DNA of 64,000 bases, taken from Octopus vulgaris (lineage: Eukaryota). Every line of letters begins with the position of its first letter. Within the stretch, counting starts at the first letter, position 1. Under the pieces are notes generated by a model. It saw only the letters and a program-made list of their open reading frames with translations, did no database searches and was not told where the DNA came from. Of this stretch, positions 15,173 through 26,514 are shown piece after piece. The stretch spans positions 18,910,001 through 18,974,000 of the forward strand of contig OX597817.1 of the NCBI GenBank assembly GCA_951406725.2, read 5' to 3'. The position numbers and the translations under genes were made by a program.

Positions 15173-15571
15173 TCTTTATATATAAAAGTCAAGTTGTGTG
15201 TCTGTCTCCTACTATTTAGATTCCTAACTACTCCCACATTTTGCGGTGCAGGTTAACCAAAACCGGGTATCTTATAGTCGTGATTCATATCGAGCCCTTC
15301 TGGGTATTAGCGCGCGTCTACGATGAGTCTACGATTAAAAAAAATTACCATCATTTTTTTTCCATTTTAATGCATTTTTTCGCTATTATATAAGGGAAGT
15401 AACTGTCTAAAAATGTCTACGATGAGTCAACGATTTTTAAAAAAAATTTACCATCATTTTTTTTTTCCATTTGTAATGCATTGTTTTGTTATTTTTTGGC
15501 TATAACTCTCTAAAAATGCTTATATAGTTATTTCCCTTTCAAACCCGAGCAACGCCGGGCGATACTGCTAG
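15173..15571 (+). mobile_element. Non-autonomous Helitron, copy 2
   Basis: A|TCTTTATATATAAAAG ... CCCGAGCAACGCCGGGCGATACTGCTAG|T; near-identical to copies 1 and 3. Confidence 0.92.
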
Positions 15572-15944
15572 TTAAATTTAAATGTTGAAGTGAATCTAAC
15601 GGTTTTTGTGTGTTTCTTAAATAGCTTATAAACACCTTCTACGCTGCAATTATATAAATATTTAGTCCGTCATTTAGTCCACCTGGCATCTGGTGTTAGT
15701 TTCTTTAACGTCATCGTAACAAATCGGTTCGGAAAAGGAAATCAGCAGAATAGGAAACGGACTTAAATGAAATTAGTACTTTTGTCGATTTGTTCGACTT
15801 AAATCATCAAAGCAGCAAAACCGCTGTCAAATGAGTGAAACAAGTAAAAGAGAAAAGATATTTATATGTCTATAAGGGATACAAGAGCAGAGGCGACCTG
15901 CTGGTACTACAGTCGCCTCTAACTTTGCTGTAAAAATGAAGTGT

Positions 15945-16260
15945 AATAAATAAAATATATGCATACATACAAACATATATGTACGTACCTACATCTACAT
16001 GTACATATACATGCATATATAAATATATACGTAAGTACAGGACACCACAATTAGACGCAGAACTCAACGAGAAACGAAAACGGGAAAAAACAAGCATGGA
16101 ACAAACCATTTTTTCCAACAGAAAAACAGAGTACAAGACAAACTACACAAGGAAAAATCCCCTTCACCAGCTGTCCCTAGTTCGACTCTAGCGTGTTTCG
16201 AAGGTAAGACAGAACACGACTCGTCGAAACTAGCCCTTCCTGCGAGAGAATTAAAATAAA
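15945..16260 (-). mobile_element. Unclassified repeat, possibly a Penelope-like terminal segment
   Basis: 15945-16170 is the reverse complement of ~40225-40440 (TATGTACGTACCTAC, CAGGACAC, CAAGGAAAA.TCCCCTTC). Confidence 0.6.
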
Positions 16261-17029
16261 ATTACTTCGCAGAGGGGTAAAAACAAGAAAGAAAAAAATA
16301 AAATGTAACACAAACAGGACGTAAAAACGATACAAATAAAAATACAAAATAAATTACAAGATAAAAATACATGTACAAGAAATACAATACGAGAAATAAA
16401 AATAAACAAGAAAACAAACGAAAAAGCCTTTTTCTGGCTTACTGTGTAGGTATTTCTTTGTTCCTTATTTTTCGCTTGCTACCACCTTCATTGAGCAGCT
16501 TCTCAATGCTGACATTTTCTGAAAACTTTCTACAACCAGGAAGAAATTTACTTTTGTTTTGCTTACCTACCACCTGTGTATAACGCCGTATGAGTCCGTG
16601 TACGCGTGTGTGTTTGAGAGAGAGAGAAGGAAAGATAGACGTTAAAACAGAGAGAAAGAGAGAGATAGTGAGAGACAAGCTGAGAGAAAGAGAATGAGAG
16701 ATAGCGTATGTGTGTGATTGTGTATGTGTGTAATTGTTTGTATGTATGTTGATGACCAGCTTTGTTTAAACGAGCCTTGATGGTGTTGACAGGAATTTCA
16801 TTGAAGTCTTCAGAAATAATTATTATACTAAATTCTTTTGAATCGAAAACAGGAAATAGAAGTACTTAACACGCACGGGGGTCATTGTTAAGGTTGGCTG
16901 AATTTGGTGAAAACAAATAAAAGAAGTTCGCTTGTGTGAAGCAATGGTTCTTAACAGGGTTCCATAGACTGGAAATATTTCCATAATACAAAAAATATTA
17001 CCTTTGTCTTCTTTTACCTTTATTTGTTT

Positions 17030-17221
17030 CAGTGAATAGACTGTTGCCATTCTGGGGCACCACCTTGAAGAAATTGTTAGTCGAATGAATCGACCTCAGT
17101 ACTTATTTTTCTTTACGCCTGATACTTATTTTTTTAAATCCTAATACATCGGCCGAACCGCTAGATTACAGGGATGTAAACACACCAACACCGGTTGTCA
17201 AACAGTGGTGGGGAAAAAAAG

Positions 17222-17274
<53 letters not shown>

Positions 17275-17430
17275 CGACGGGCTTCTTTCAGTTTACGTCT
17301 ACCAGATCCACTCACAAGGCTGTGGTCGGCCCAAAGCTATAGTAGAAAACACTTGTTCGAAGTTCCGCACTGTGGAACTGAACTCAAAACCATGTGAATA
17401 CGAAGCAAGCTTCTTATCACACATCCACAA
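17030..17430 (-). mobile_element. Family-C SINE, older copy
   Basis: GCCGAACCGCTAG, CCGGTTGTCAA, CGACGGGCTTCTTTCAGTT, CCACTCACAAGGC shared with 8001-8420. Confidence 0.85.
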
Positions 17431-17615
17431 AATTATTTTCTATACAATTCCTAATAATATTTAGTCATAAAAATATAATAGGAGTTTTGGACATCGAATG
17501 GCTCTGGGGTTCCCAGCCTCTGAATAAAATAGGAATTCAAGGGCCAAAAAAAAAAAAAAGAAATGGTTGAAAACTACTGGTGGAGGGTAGATTTTATTTA
17601 TTATTTATTTTGCTT

Positions 17616-17800
17616 AAGGCAGCGAACTGGCAGGATCCTCAGCAGACCGAACCAAACGCTTAGCGGCTTTTCTTCCGTCTTTACTTTCTGAGCTCAAATA
17701 CCACCGAGGATTCACTTTGTTTTTCATCCTTTCGGTGTCGAGCACTGGGGGTCAATGTAATCGACTAGCTCCCTCCCGCAAAATCTCAGGCCTTGGATTA
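17616..17800 (+). mobile_element. Family-N SINE, degenerate
   Basis: AAGGCAGCGAACTGGCAGG...TTTCATCCTTTCGGTGTCG...CACTGGGGGTCAATGTAATCGAC. Confidence 0.75.
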
Positions 17801-17985
17801 TATACTTTGCTTATAATACATACAACTACCCATAAAGCACTTTCAAGGGTTTTAGCTGAACAAACAGTGTTTATTTTTAATCCTGGCATATACTACCGCT
17901 CTTTTCTGCTGAATGTGAACAAACCAACACCGGTTGTCAAGCGGTAGTGGCAGAAAACACAAACATTAATAGACACATATATATA

Positions 17986-19180
17986 GGAGTGTAGGACAAA
18001 AGTCCACTAGAACAAAACACACTCGGACAAAACCCCCCCTTAGTTAAAGTGCGAAAGCGTATAAAACCCCTCGGTTACATTTTTTGATTATTTTTCGTAT
18101 TTTTTTTCTTTTTACCTTTTTAGTTGTTTCAGTCATTATTACTGCAGCCGCGCTGGGGTACCGCCTTGAAGAATTTTTAGCCGTTTCTATCGAGCCCCCA
18201 ATTTTTTTTTACAGATTCAGATATTTTCGGCAACGAAAATTCCCATACTACGAAAAAAAGAATTGCCATTTCAAACTTTAAATCTCCGCCCCCACACCCA
18301 CCTAATTTTTTCGTTTTTTCCCTTTTTTGCGATTTTCTTTTCTTTTTTCTTTTTTTGAGTGGGATTGATTCCGCGTAGCAAAATACAAAAAGTACGATGT
18401 TCTGAAAATTTTCCTTTTATGGAATTTAATTTTTTTAAAAATTGACACCCCACTCCCACACAGCGCACACCACCACTAATATTCCAGATGATATTAAACT
18501 CGTTCAGGCGTAAGTGATTTTCAACCAGTGCATGAAGTTAAGCCTTGACGGTGTATCCAGATGCTAGAAATAACAGCCAAATCTCTAGAATTTTTTTTTA
18601 CACAAAACGGAAATCGCTGTTGTAAAAAGACTTTTATTTTCCAAAATTCCAATTTTTAAATAAAGAAACATATATTCAATCGAAAATGAATAAATAGAAT
18701 AAAATAACAGAACACAAGGGTTTTTACTACTTAATGTACATATTTTCTGATTTCTAGCAAAAGGGAAAGCATTTACTTCAAGATATGTGTTTTACAAGTC
18801 AAAAACATTCACCATCATCACTGCAACTACCACTATCATCACCAACATCATCACCACTAACATCACCACCATTGTCGTCATCAGACAGTATCATGTCTAA
18901 ATAGAAGTGAAAGACAGAATAAAAGGAATGTAGAAAGATAGAAACGATCAGAGGTATATTTGAACGATTGCCCTTCGGACAGAACGGTGCCATGATTCTG
19001 TTAAACCTTCAACGCCCGGGGGAAGATCAACAGGTCAATTCATTTTCATTAATAACCAAGTGCAGAGAGAAGAAAACAAAAGACTTTAAATTTGTTTCAC
19101 AATTAATAAAAATGTAAATTCGATTTTTAATCCTAGCTTCAGTTAATTTGTGCCTGGAAAAGTCCTCAATGAATTATGAC

Positions 19181-19220
<40 letters not shown>

Positions 19221-19245
19221 GTTATTGTTATTGTTATTATTATTA

Positions 19246-19317
<72 letters not shown>

Positions 19318-19851
19318 TTATTATCTTTTTGCGAAGAATGACAATACATTTTTTTGTAGCGAATATTCAAACCCGAAAGTTTGCGATAACAGAAAAAAAT
19401 AATACTGAGTGGGTTGATTGTGAACGAGTTTAAAAACACCAGGAAGATTGGTGTAGATAGGGGCATGGTAGGAGATAGTTATCTAAAATTTTAGAGAAAG
19501 GAAGTTTTCAGATTCATAATCTCCGAATGTACGTGGAATACCCTCAAAATTTTCAGAAAGAAATGAAAAATGTGTATATGTATGTGTGTGTGTGTTGGGG
19601 GAAGGAATATAAAATTTGAAATGCTGATTTTTCTGCGGTCGTTGCACTCGACTAAAAAATGTTCAAGACAGTGCCCCAGCATGGCCGCAGTCTAATGACA
19701 GAAACAAGTAAAACAGAAAAACAAAACAAAAATTAACCGGAAATATAACTTAGGGGTTATTGTCCACTTTCTCACTTTAACTAAGAGGATTTTTTTCCTA
19801 GGGTGATTAGTGCGAGGGGATTTTGTCCAAGAGGAATTTTGTCCGGATCCC
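17986..19851. mobile_element. Foldback-like DNA element B, splitting an old family-C SINE (17840-17985 and 19852-19995)
   Basis: Ends GGAGTGTAGGACAAAA and TTTTGTCCGGATCCC; inverted CTTAGTTAAAGTG / CACTTTAACTAAG; internal 18470-18835 homologous to 13505-13875. Confidence 0.7.
19181..19313. repeat. (ATT)n microsatellite
   Basis: Direct observation. Confidence 0.98.
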
Positions 19852-20230
19852 CAGACATATACATATTCAGCGGGTTTGCACACTATTTCAGTCTACCAAA
19901 TTTACTCACAATGCTTTGTTCGACGCGGGACTTTAGTAAAAGACAATTGCCCTGGTGCCATACAGTGGTACAGAATCATTAGCTATGTGGTTCGAAAGAG
20001 AAGTTATTTTCACAATAATACACAAACGTAGCACATCTATAACTACTTTATTCCTCCTCTAAAAGTTATAGAGAGAGAGAGGGAAAAGAGAGAGGGAGAG
20101 ACAGAGATGCGATAAAAAGGAATACAAAGAAGTTGGTTCAGAATATTATCACTCATGCGTGAGAGATGACCTGACCAGCTAAGTCATATTTTGATGAGGA
20201 TGGCTTCAATATATGATATGTGTATGTATA

Positions 20231-20616
20231 TATAGCCAGTAGCATTCGCCCCAAACGGGACTGCCATATTAGGTTTACAAATAAACATTACTTTAAAATG
20301 CTGCTACTCAATTTCTCTCGTTGAAAAATTTAGGAACAACAATGTTTCTATTTATTAGATCAGTAAGTGTTTGTCACTTAGAAAATTATATATTTTCGAA
20401 CGGGTGATTAGAAGCGCCATCTCAATTCTGTGCCGATGAAGAAAAAATAACCCTGAAACCGTACGGTCCACAGATACTGCTTTGTGCTGGGTGGGGGTTC
20501 GAAAATATATGGACGCAGATCGTGTGTCGTATAGCCAGCTGGAGACAATGTCTGCTGGCGTTAAATAACAGTAGCATTCGCCCCAAACAATAGGTTGGCA
20601 AATAATCGTTACTTTA
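20231..20616 (+). mobile_element. Terminally redundant ~330-bp-unit hammerhead-bearing element (retrozyme or pseudo-LTR-like)
   Basis: CAGTAGCATTCGCCCCAAAC at 20237-20256 and 20569-20588, with flanking partial repeats; one HHR between them. Confidence 0.6.
20427..20474 (+). ncRNA. Minimal type-I hammerhead ribozyme motif, CCGAUGA core variant
   Basis: TCTGTG-CCGATGA-AGAAAAAATAACCCT-GAA-ACCGTACGGT-C-CACAGA: 6-bp helix I, palindromic helix III, GUC site, weak helix II. Confidence 0.7.
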
Positions 20617-20756
20617 TATATGTATGTGTCTTTATACACATACATATGTATATATAGTGTGCATATTGCAGTTCTATATTTAAGAGATGAGAAATTATGT
20701 ACATTATTTACATTATTTACGATTGACGGATTTTTGTCCTCATCTTGTTTGTTGTT

Positions 20757-20802
20757 AACACAACGTTTCGGCTGATATACCCTCCAGCCTTCATCAGGTG
20801 TC
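20757..20802 (-). ncRNA. Minimal type-I hammerhead ribozyme motif (loopless palindromic helix III)
   Basis: Minus strand GACAC-CTGATGA-A-GGCTG(GAGGGTATAT)CAGCC-GAAAC-GTT-GTGTT. Confidence 0.75.
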
Positions 20803-20863
20803 TTGGGGAAATTTCGAACCTGGGTTCTCATTCCTAAGGTATTTTCCGTTGTTGTTGTTGTTG

Positions 20864-20918
<55 letters not shown>

Positions 20919-21022
20919 CATTCAGATCACTGCCTGGAATCGAACTCGGAATCTTGGGGTTAGTTGCCTGCGCTTCTAACCACTACGCCGTATGTCCACG
21001 GGCATATGGTGTCGTGGTCTGG

Positions 21023-21055
<33 letters not shown>

Positions 21056-21101
21056 TCGAAAATACATTAGGAATGAGAACCCAGGTTCGAAATTACCCCA
21101 A

Positions 21102-21150
21102 GACACCTGATGAAATCTGGAGGGTATAATATCAGCCGAAACGTTGTGTT
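21102..21150 (+). ncRNA. Second copy of the same hammerhead motif (helix II partly mutated)
   Basis: GACAC-CTGATGA-AATCTG...CAGCC-GAAAC-GTT-GTGTT. Confidence 0.65.
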
Positions 21151-21853
21151 AACAACAAACAAGACGAGGACAAATATCTGTCAATTGTAAATAATGTAAA
21201 TAAGAGTGTGCATATAATTTATATATATTGATACACACATATGCACTCTCACACATACGCGCACATATGCATATGCACACGCCTACGAACACACACACAC
21301 ACACACGTATTGCCATATAGGCATGAGCAAAGCGTGAATAAATGCGAAGTGATAAATTTTTTTACATGGAAATTTACAGGTAGAGGCAAGCAAATAATTG
21401 AAAATTATGAAATGAAAGAGAGAGACAGAGAGACAGAGAGAGAGAGAGGGGGGAGAGAGAGGGAGAGAGAGAGAAAGGCAGGTAGAAGGAAAAGGACAAA
21501 TGTGTGTAAGGATGTAAAGTGTGAAAGCATGAAAGAAATGGAAACAGACATCAATCAAGAAACAAAAAGGTAAAGAAACTATTTCTATTCTCAATCAAAA
21601 ATTAATTTTGAATTGATGTTTCATTGTGATTGACACTTTAACTATTGCGTTCCTTAATTCCTATATATTTAATTTCCGTTTGAGTTTGATGTTTCTGGTC
21701 TAGATTAACACCATTAGCGGAATCGGAACATACGCTTTTTGTATATTTTAAAGCAAAAGCCTATAGCTGCCGTCGTTAAGCCGGTACATAAAAGATATAC
21801 CAGCTTAAAATCTTGACTGAAGACATTATATTTTAACTCAGATTTTATTGATA

Positions 21854-22091
21854 AAGGTGGCAGAAACGAGCTGGCAGAAACATTAGCGCGCCGGACGAAA
21901 TGCTTAGCGGTATTTCGTCTGTCGTTACTTTCTGAGTTCAAATTCCGCCGAGGTTGACTTTGCCTTTCATCCTTTCGGGTCGATAAATAAAGTACCAGTT
22001 TCGCACTGGGGTCGATGTAATCGACTTAACCCCTTTGTCTGTCCTTGTTTGTTCTCTCTATGTTTAGCCCCTTGTAGGTAGTAAAGAAATA
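21854..22091 (+). mobile_element. tRNA-derived SINE, family N (GCCTTTCATCCTTTCGGGGTCGATAAA core, resembling Nin/Deu-type domains)
   Basis: A-box-like AGCTGGCAGAAACATTAG, B-box GAGTTCAAATTCC, AAAGAAAT tail; several near-identical copies in the window. The domain name is recalled, not verified. Confidence 0.9.
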
Positions 22092-22545
22092 TATATTATT
22101 GTCCCCTCTTTAATGTACGTGTCATGAGATAGAATATACAAATGCCAAAAGATAGACAAAAATAAGACCAAACAGCCCTACAAATCATGACATACATACA
22201 TAAACACACAAACACACACACTCACTCAAACACACACACGCACATATAATTTAAGTTTATGTGCGGATGTCTAGACGTGCAGGTATATGTATAGAAATAC
22301 ATGCATAAAACAAAACAGACAATTCTGCACATGCGCAAAACATACGTATATGCGAAAATACCCTGTTGATATATTTCAATTTCCAATTAAGAAGCCTTGG
22401 ATCTAGCTTAGAAACAATCTCTTTCTCTATTGAGAAATATTGAAATAATACTGAATAATGCCATACATATATATATATATATATATAGTCATTAGCATAC
22501 ATACATAGATACATTCGTATACATACATATATATTTAATGGTGGT

Positions 22546-22713
22546 GGAAGCACTCCGTCGGTTACGACGACGAGGGTTCCGGTTGATCCGAATCAACGGA
22601 ACAGCCTGCTCGTGAAATTAACGTGTAAGTGGCTGAGCACTCCACAGACACGTGTACCCTTAACGTAGTTCTCGGGATATTCAGCGTGACACAGAGAGTC
22701 ACAGAGAGACAAG
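22546..22713 (-). mobile_element. Family-R SINE 3' fragment
   Basis: Near-identical to 33195-33356. Confidence 0.9.
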
Positions 22714-22798
22714 GTAAATATCCCGAAGAATCATCTTGCGTAGACGACATATATTTAAACAGCACAGATTATATCAGTTGCTGAAATTTCGTCAGCGC

Positions 22799-23019
22799 CG
22801 GCAGATGGTGCTGTTCTATCACGTGATTTCACCGTATGTCGGTGATCCTCTTCACGAAGTAGCCAAATACCGAATGCCACATTGAAAATCAGTCAAAAAG
22901 GATATAGTTTAACACTTACCCAACAGTCAGTGGGATCTTTGTAAAGTTGCTACTAGCGACGAAAGTAGTTTGTAACGAATTTACGGTTAAATCACGTGAT
23001 GCAATAGTGCTATCCACTG
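22799..23019. mobile_element. Degenerate MITE-like element with ~38-bp imperfect TIRs
   Basis: ...ATCACGTGATTTCACCGTA versus TACGGTTAAATCACGTGAT... inverted. Confidence 0.5.
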
Positions 23020-23229
23020 TACGTACGTACGTACATACATACATACATACATAAAAAAAACAAATGGAATTAATAACAACATTTTCAACTGATTTAGGCA
23101 TGGAATTTGCCCAAAAGAAATGTTCATATTTGATTATAGAAGCAGGGAAGTCAATACCCCAAACCCAAAACCTGTGCATCAACTGTCTCTCTCTACCTCC
23201 CCCATTCCACACAAAGAATGTTACAACTG

Positions 23230-24513
23230 CCTAGACACAGACGAAAATGTCTCATATGAAGGAACTGTGAATAAAGATAGAGTGACCCGAGAATATTACA
23301 TCAGGCTTAGGAAAATATGACAGAATTCTCCTTTTACAACAAAACAATATCTCATAATGCATTTACAGAACAAGCGCCCATCCCAACATTTGAGATGCTT
23401 GATTGATCTGCAGAAGTAATCCACTCCATAGATATCAAAACCCACAAAATCCTGATATCAACTGGGGACTTCCACAGAAACAGTGATGGTGACAGGCACT
23501 ACTTAAGAAGAAATGGAGGTGGTAGAGGCCTGAGTTCAGTGCAGACAGCCTTCGAATGCCATATATTATCACTCAGGGAGCACCTGCTAAGCAACAGCAG
23601 CAAAAATATATATATATATCAATGCAGTGCTGAAGAGTGAAGTGAGCAACATTGTACTACTTGGCAGTGAACTCCTCAAGAAACACTCTCTTCCTGATGA
23701 TCTCCTATACAGATCCATAACAGCTGGGCTCTCTTAACGTAGAGAAGACCTTGATGGAAGGCACTCAGCATATAAGAAAAGACCATGCATGGGTATGTTG
23801 CCCGGAAGATTGAAGAAGATAGAATTGACACAACGTGCAGCCTCTCTTGGACACAAGACCACTATATCACATCACACTTTGAAGGCTATACGCTTGCAAT
23901 CCAGGAACAGGAGATTGCCACAAAGTACATGGTGTCATGTTTCTTTTGAAGACATTTTACATTTGATTAACAGCTGTCCTAAAATATCATCACGGTTCTA
24001 CCTCCCTATGCGGCACGATCTTGTTGTAAAAACAATTTACAATGCCATCCGCAGAAAAGACTATCCTGAAATAAAGTTATAAAATCCATATGTTATGGAA
24101 TACATTCATAAACACCAATTCAAGGAATATTCGTGGAGAATTCACATCAAAACGTCTGTCAAATATAAGCATAACAGGCCGTATATTGTTGTTTGGGAGA
24201 GAGGGGCAAAGGTATGTACGATCATAGGGGTCAGCTGTCCTGCAGATATAAATATCTCTTTGAAAATCAAAGAAAATGAGGATATCTATAGACAACAGCT
24301 TCGAAACCCACAGCTTTCATATCCAGACTATGAATTCATATTCATACCACTAATAATTGGAGCACTAGGCATTTGTAAGTAAATGCTTAAAGGAGAATCT
24401 GGATAAACTGGGATTTTCAGAAAGAGAAATTGACGGGCTAATTTGCACATTAAAAGTCCAAACTGTGAATGGAATAGTAAAAATATGCAATACTTTTTTT
24501 AGTTCCAAATGTG
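23230..24513 (+). mobile_element. Decayed RLE LINE 3' half (distinct subfamily)
   Basis: VNKDRVTREYYIRLRKI, RHYLRRNGGGRGL, HLINSCPKISSRFYLPMRHD, KHNRPYIVVW..IIGVSCPAD, FIPLIIGALG. Confidence 0.85.
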
Positions 24514-25526
24514 AATTTGTCTGTGTTAACTACATCCCCAAAATGGAGCATTAATGTTTGTTGGAAAGCTGTTCCATCCTCAGTGTAAGATTTGTAATAA
24601 TAAAAAAATTAGAAGAGACATGCATACACACACACACACATATACATAGAAATATGTAAAGCAGTGATACATCAAAATTGAAATGGATATAGAAGTTAAT
24701 TAGTGGAAGATGTGGGGACTGAGCATTTGCTTATATCAACCGCCTTCTCCCATAACATATTGATCCATATGTTACTTGTTTATTGCATAATTTGCCGCTA
24801 ATACATTTATATTTGAAATATAAAGCATATCATACATTTTATTGATCGAGATATGCTCAATCTCTGTGTATGAGTTTGTGTGTGAAAGTGAATGGCCCAC
24901 ACACACATGCGTTTGTAATTCAATTCATTCCAATAACTTCGATGGCAAATGTGTTGCATGCAATATTGTACAGCAACTTTACATATGTATAGATATGTTA
25001 GCATTATTTTCATTCTATAATTTACGAAAGTGGTGGTAAAATTTACGAACGTGGTAGTAAAATAGAGGAATATATACTGATCAAGGATCAATGGATATAC
25101 AAGATTATCATACATCTTTTAAAGAGAACTTATCATACCTTCATGGAACATTACAAAGGGGGGAATTAAATCCCTCATGCGAAGCATTGTTTGATTGAGA
25201 ACGGAATTAGCTTACATCCTCATTATTAGGTACGATCTTGAGTGCAGAAGAGTTTATTAATATTTCATCTCTAGCAATAAGCCCGATTGAATCTTATCTC
25301 TAGCTTTAAAAGGTTGAATATTGAATAAACACATTCTTTCTAACTTCGTTGATCTGTTAAAAGCAAGTCTTCTCTGCCGTATTTGTATAGCGTATTTGTC
25401 TTGCCTATTTTTTTCTTTATCAATATTGCCTTTTCTACGTTTCTTCATTTTTAATGACCCCCATCGGTGAGAACATCCCGTTTGTCTTTGTTCTGTTTAC
25501 TGTTTTTAATATTTGAGGCAATACAT

Positions 25527-25830
25527 GGCTGCGAGCTGCCAAACTCGTTAACATGCCGGGCAAAATGCTTAGCGGTATTTCGTCTGTCGTTACGTTGTGA
25601 GTTCAAATTCCGCCGAGGTCGACTTTGCCTTTCATCCTTTCGGGGTCGATAAATTAAGTACCAGTTCCGCACTGGGGTTAATGTAATAGATTGAATACCT
25701 AAGTATGTCCTTGTATGTCCCCTCTATGTTTAGCCCCTTGTGGGTAATAAAGAAATGGGTATTTCGTCCGTCTTTACGTTCTGAGTTCAAATTCCGGTGA
25801 GGTCGACTTTGCCTTTCATTTCGGTATGGA
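25527..25830 (+). mobile_element. Family-N SINE plus partial tandem second copy
   Basis: Full copy to ~25756, then a restart at GGTATTTCGTCCG...GCCTTTCAT. Confidence 0.88.
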
Positions 25831-25876
25831 TCAATCAGTATGGATTTCAAACACTATAAATAGGTTACAAACTTGC

Positions 25877-25921
<45 letters not shown>

Positions 25922-25930
25922 GTGTGTGTT

Positions 25931-25985
25931 CCCGAGTAAGGACAGAAATGTGAAACAAGGTGGGGAAAAATAGTACTTGAATACA
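25931..25985. repeat. Short fragment of the 42034 element terminus
   Basis: CCCGAGTAAGGACAGAAATGTGAAACAAGGTGGGGAAAAATAGTACTTGAATAC resembles 42034-42087; lies between TA tracts. Confidence 0.65.
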
Positions 25986-26006
25986 AGAGCTTTACTAATG
26001 AAGTAC

Positions 26007-26044
<38 letters not shown>

Positions 26045-26305
26045 TTAAATTAGAGATAAGACCACTATTAGGCAAATCAATCAATGAAAAACACAAACCA
26101 AAACATAAAAATAAAAAATAATTAATATAATGTACAATATATATAAAATATAAAATTTAAAATCTAAATTATTCAAATTTAGAATTAAAGTTATTAATTT
26201 ATATTTATAAATTTTTTTTGTTTATTTATTTATTTATTTTTTATATTAAATATATATAACTATTAAAAAGTATTAAAAAGTTTAATATAAGATAAAATGT
26301 AAAAC

Positions 26306-26353
<48 letters not shown>

Positions 26354-26441
26354 TAAAACGGTTTAGATAACAAAAGAAAGAGACCTCAATATTATGTAAA
26401 TAGAGGAAATTTATCTATGCAATAATATGTTACATTACTCG

Positions 26442-26514
26442 ATAGTCAAGATAAAACTCTGAGTTTCAGATGCTGAAGTGGGAATCCACGACATCTCTTC
26501 GGTTATCTGGCTAT
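26442..26514 (-). ncRNA. Type-I hammerhead motif, CCGAAGA core variant
   Basis: Minus strand ATAGCC-AGATAA-CCGAAGA-GATG...GTGG.TTCCCAC...CATC-T-GAA-ACTCAGAGT-T-TTATCT-TGACTAT. Confidence 0.7.

Larger units (their letters stand above)
20667..21204. mobile_element. Head-to-head inverted dimer of a tRNA-headed, hammerhead-tailed small element
   Basis: ~20705-20870 is the reverse complement of ~21023-21203; tRNA-like A/B boxes on the minus strand at 20936-20989; AGTGTGCATAT at 20656-20666 and 21205-21215. Confidence 0.8.

Noticed and set aside
13751-15185. His-rich and MYVC-repeat ORFs
   Set aside because: Products of (CAT)n and (CATA)n repeats
16785-16820. CTGAAGA..GAAA on the minus strand
   Set aside because: No pairable helix II or helix I
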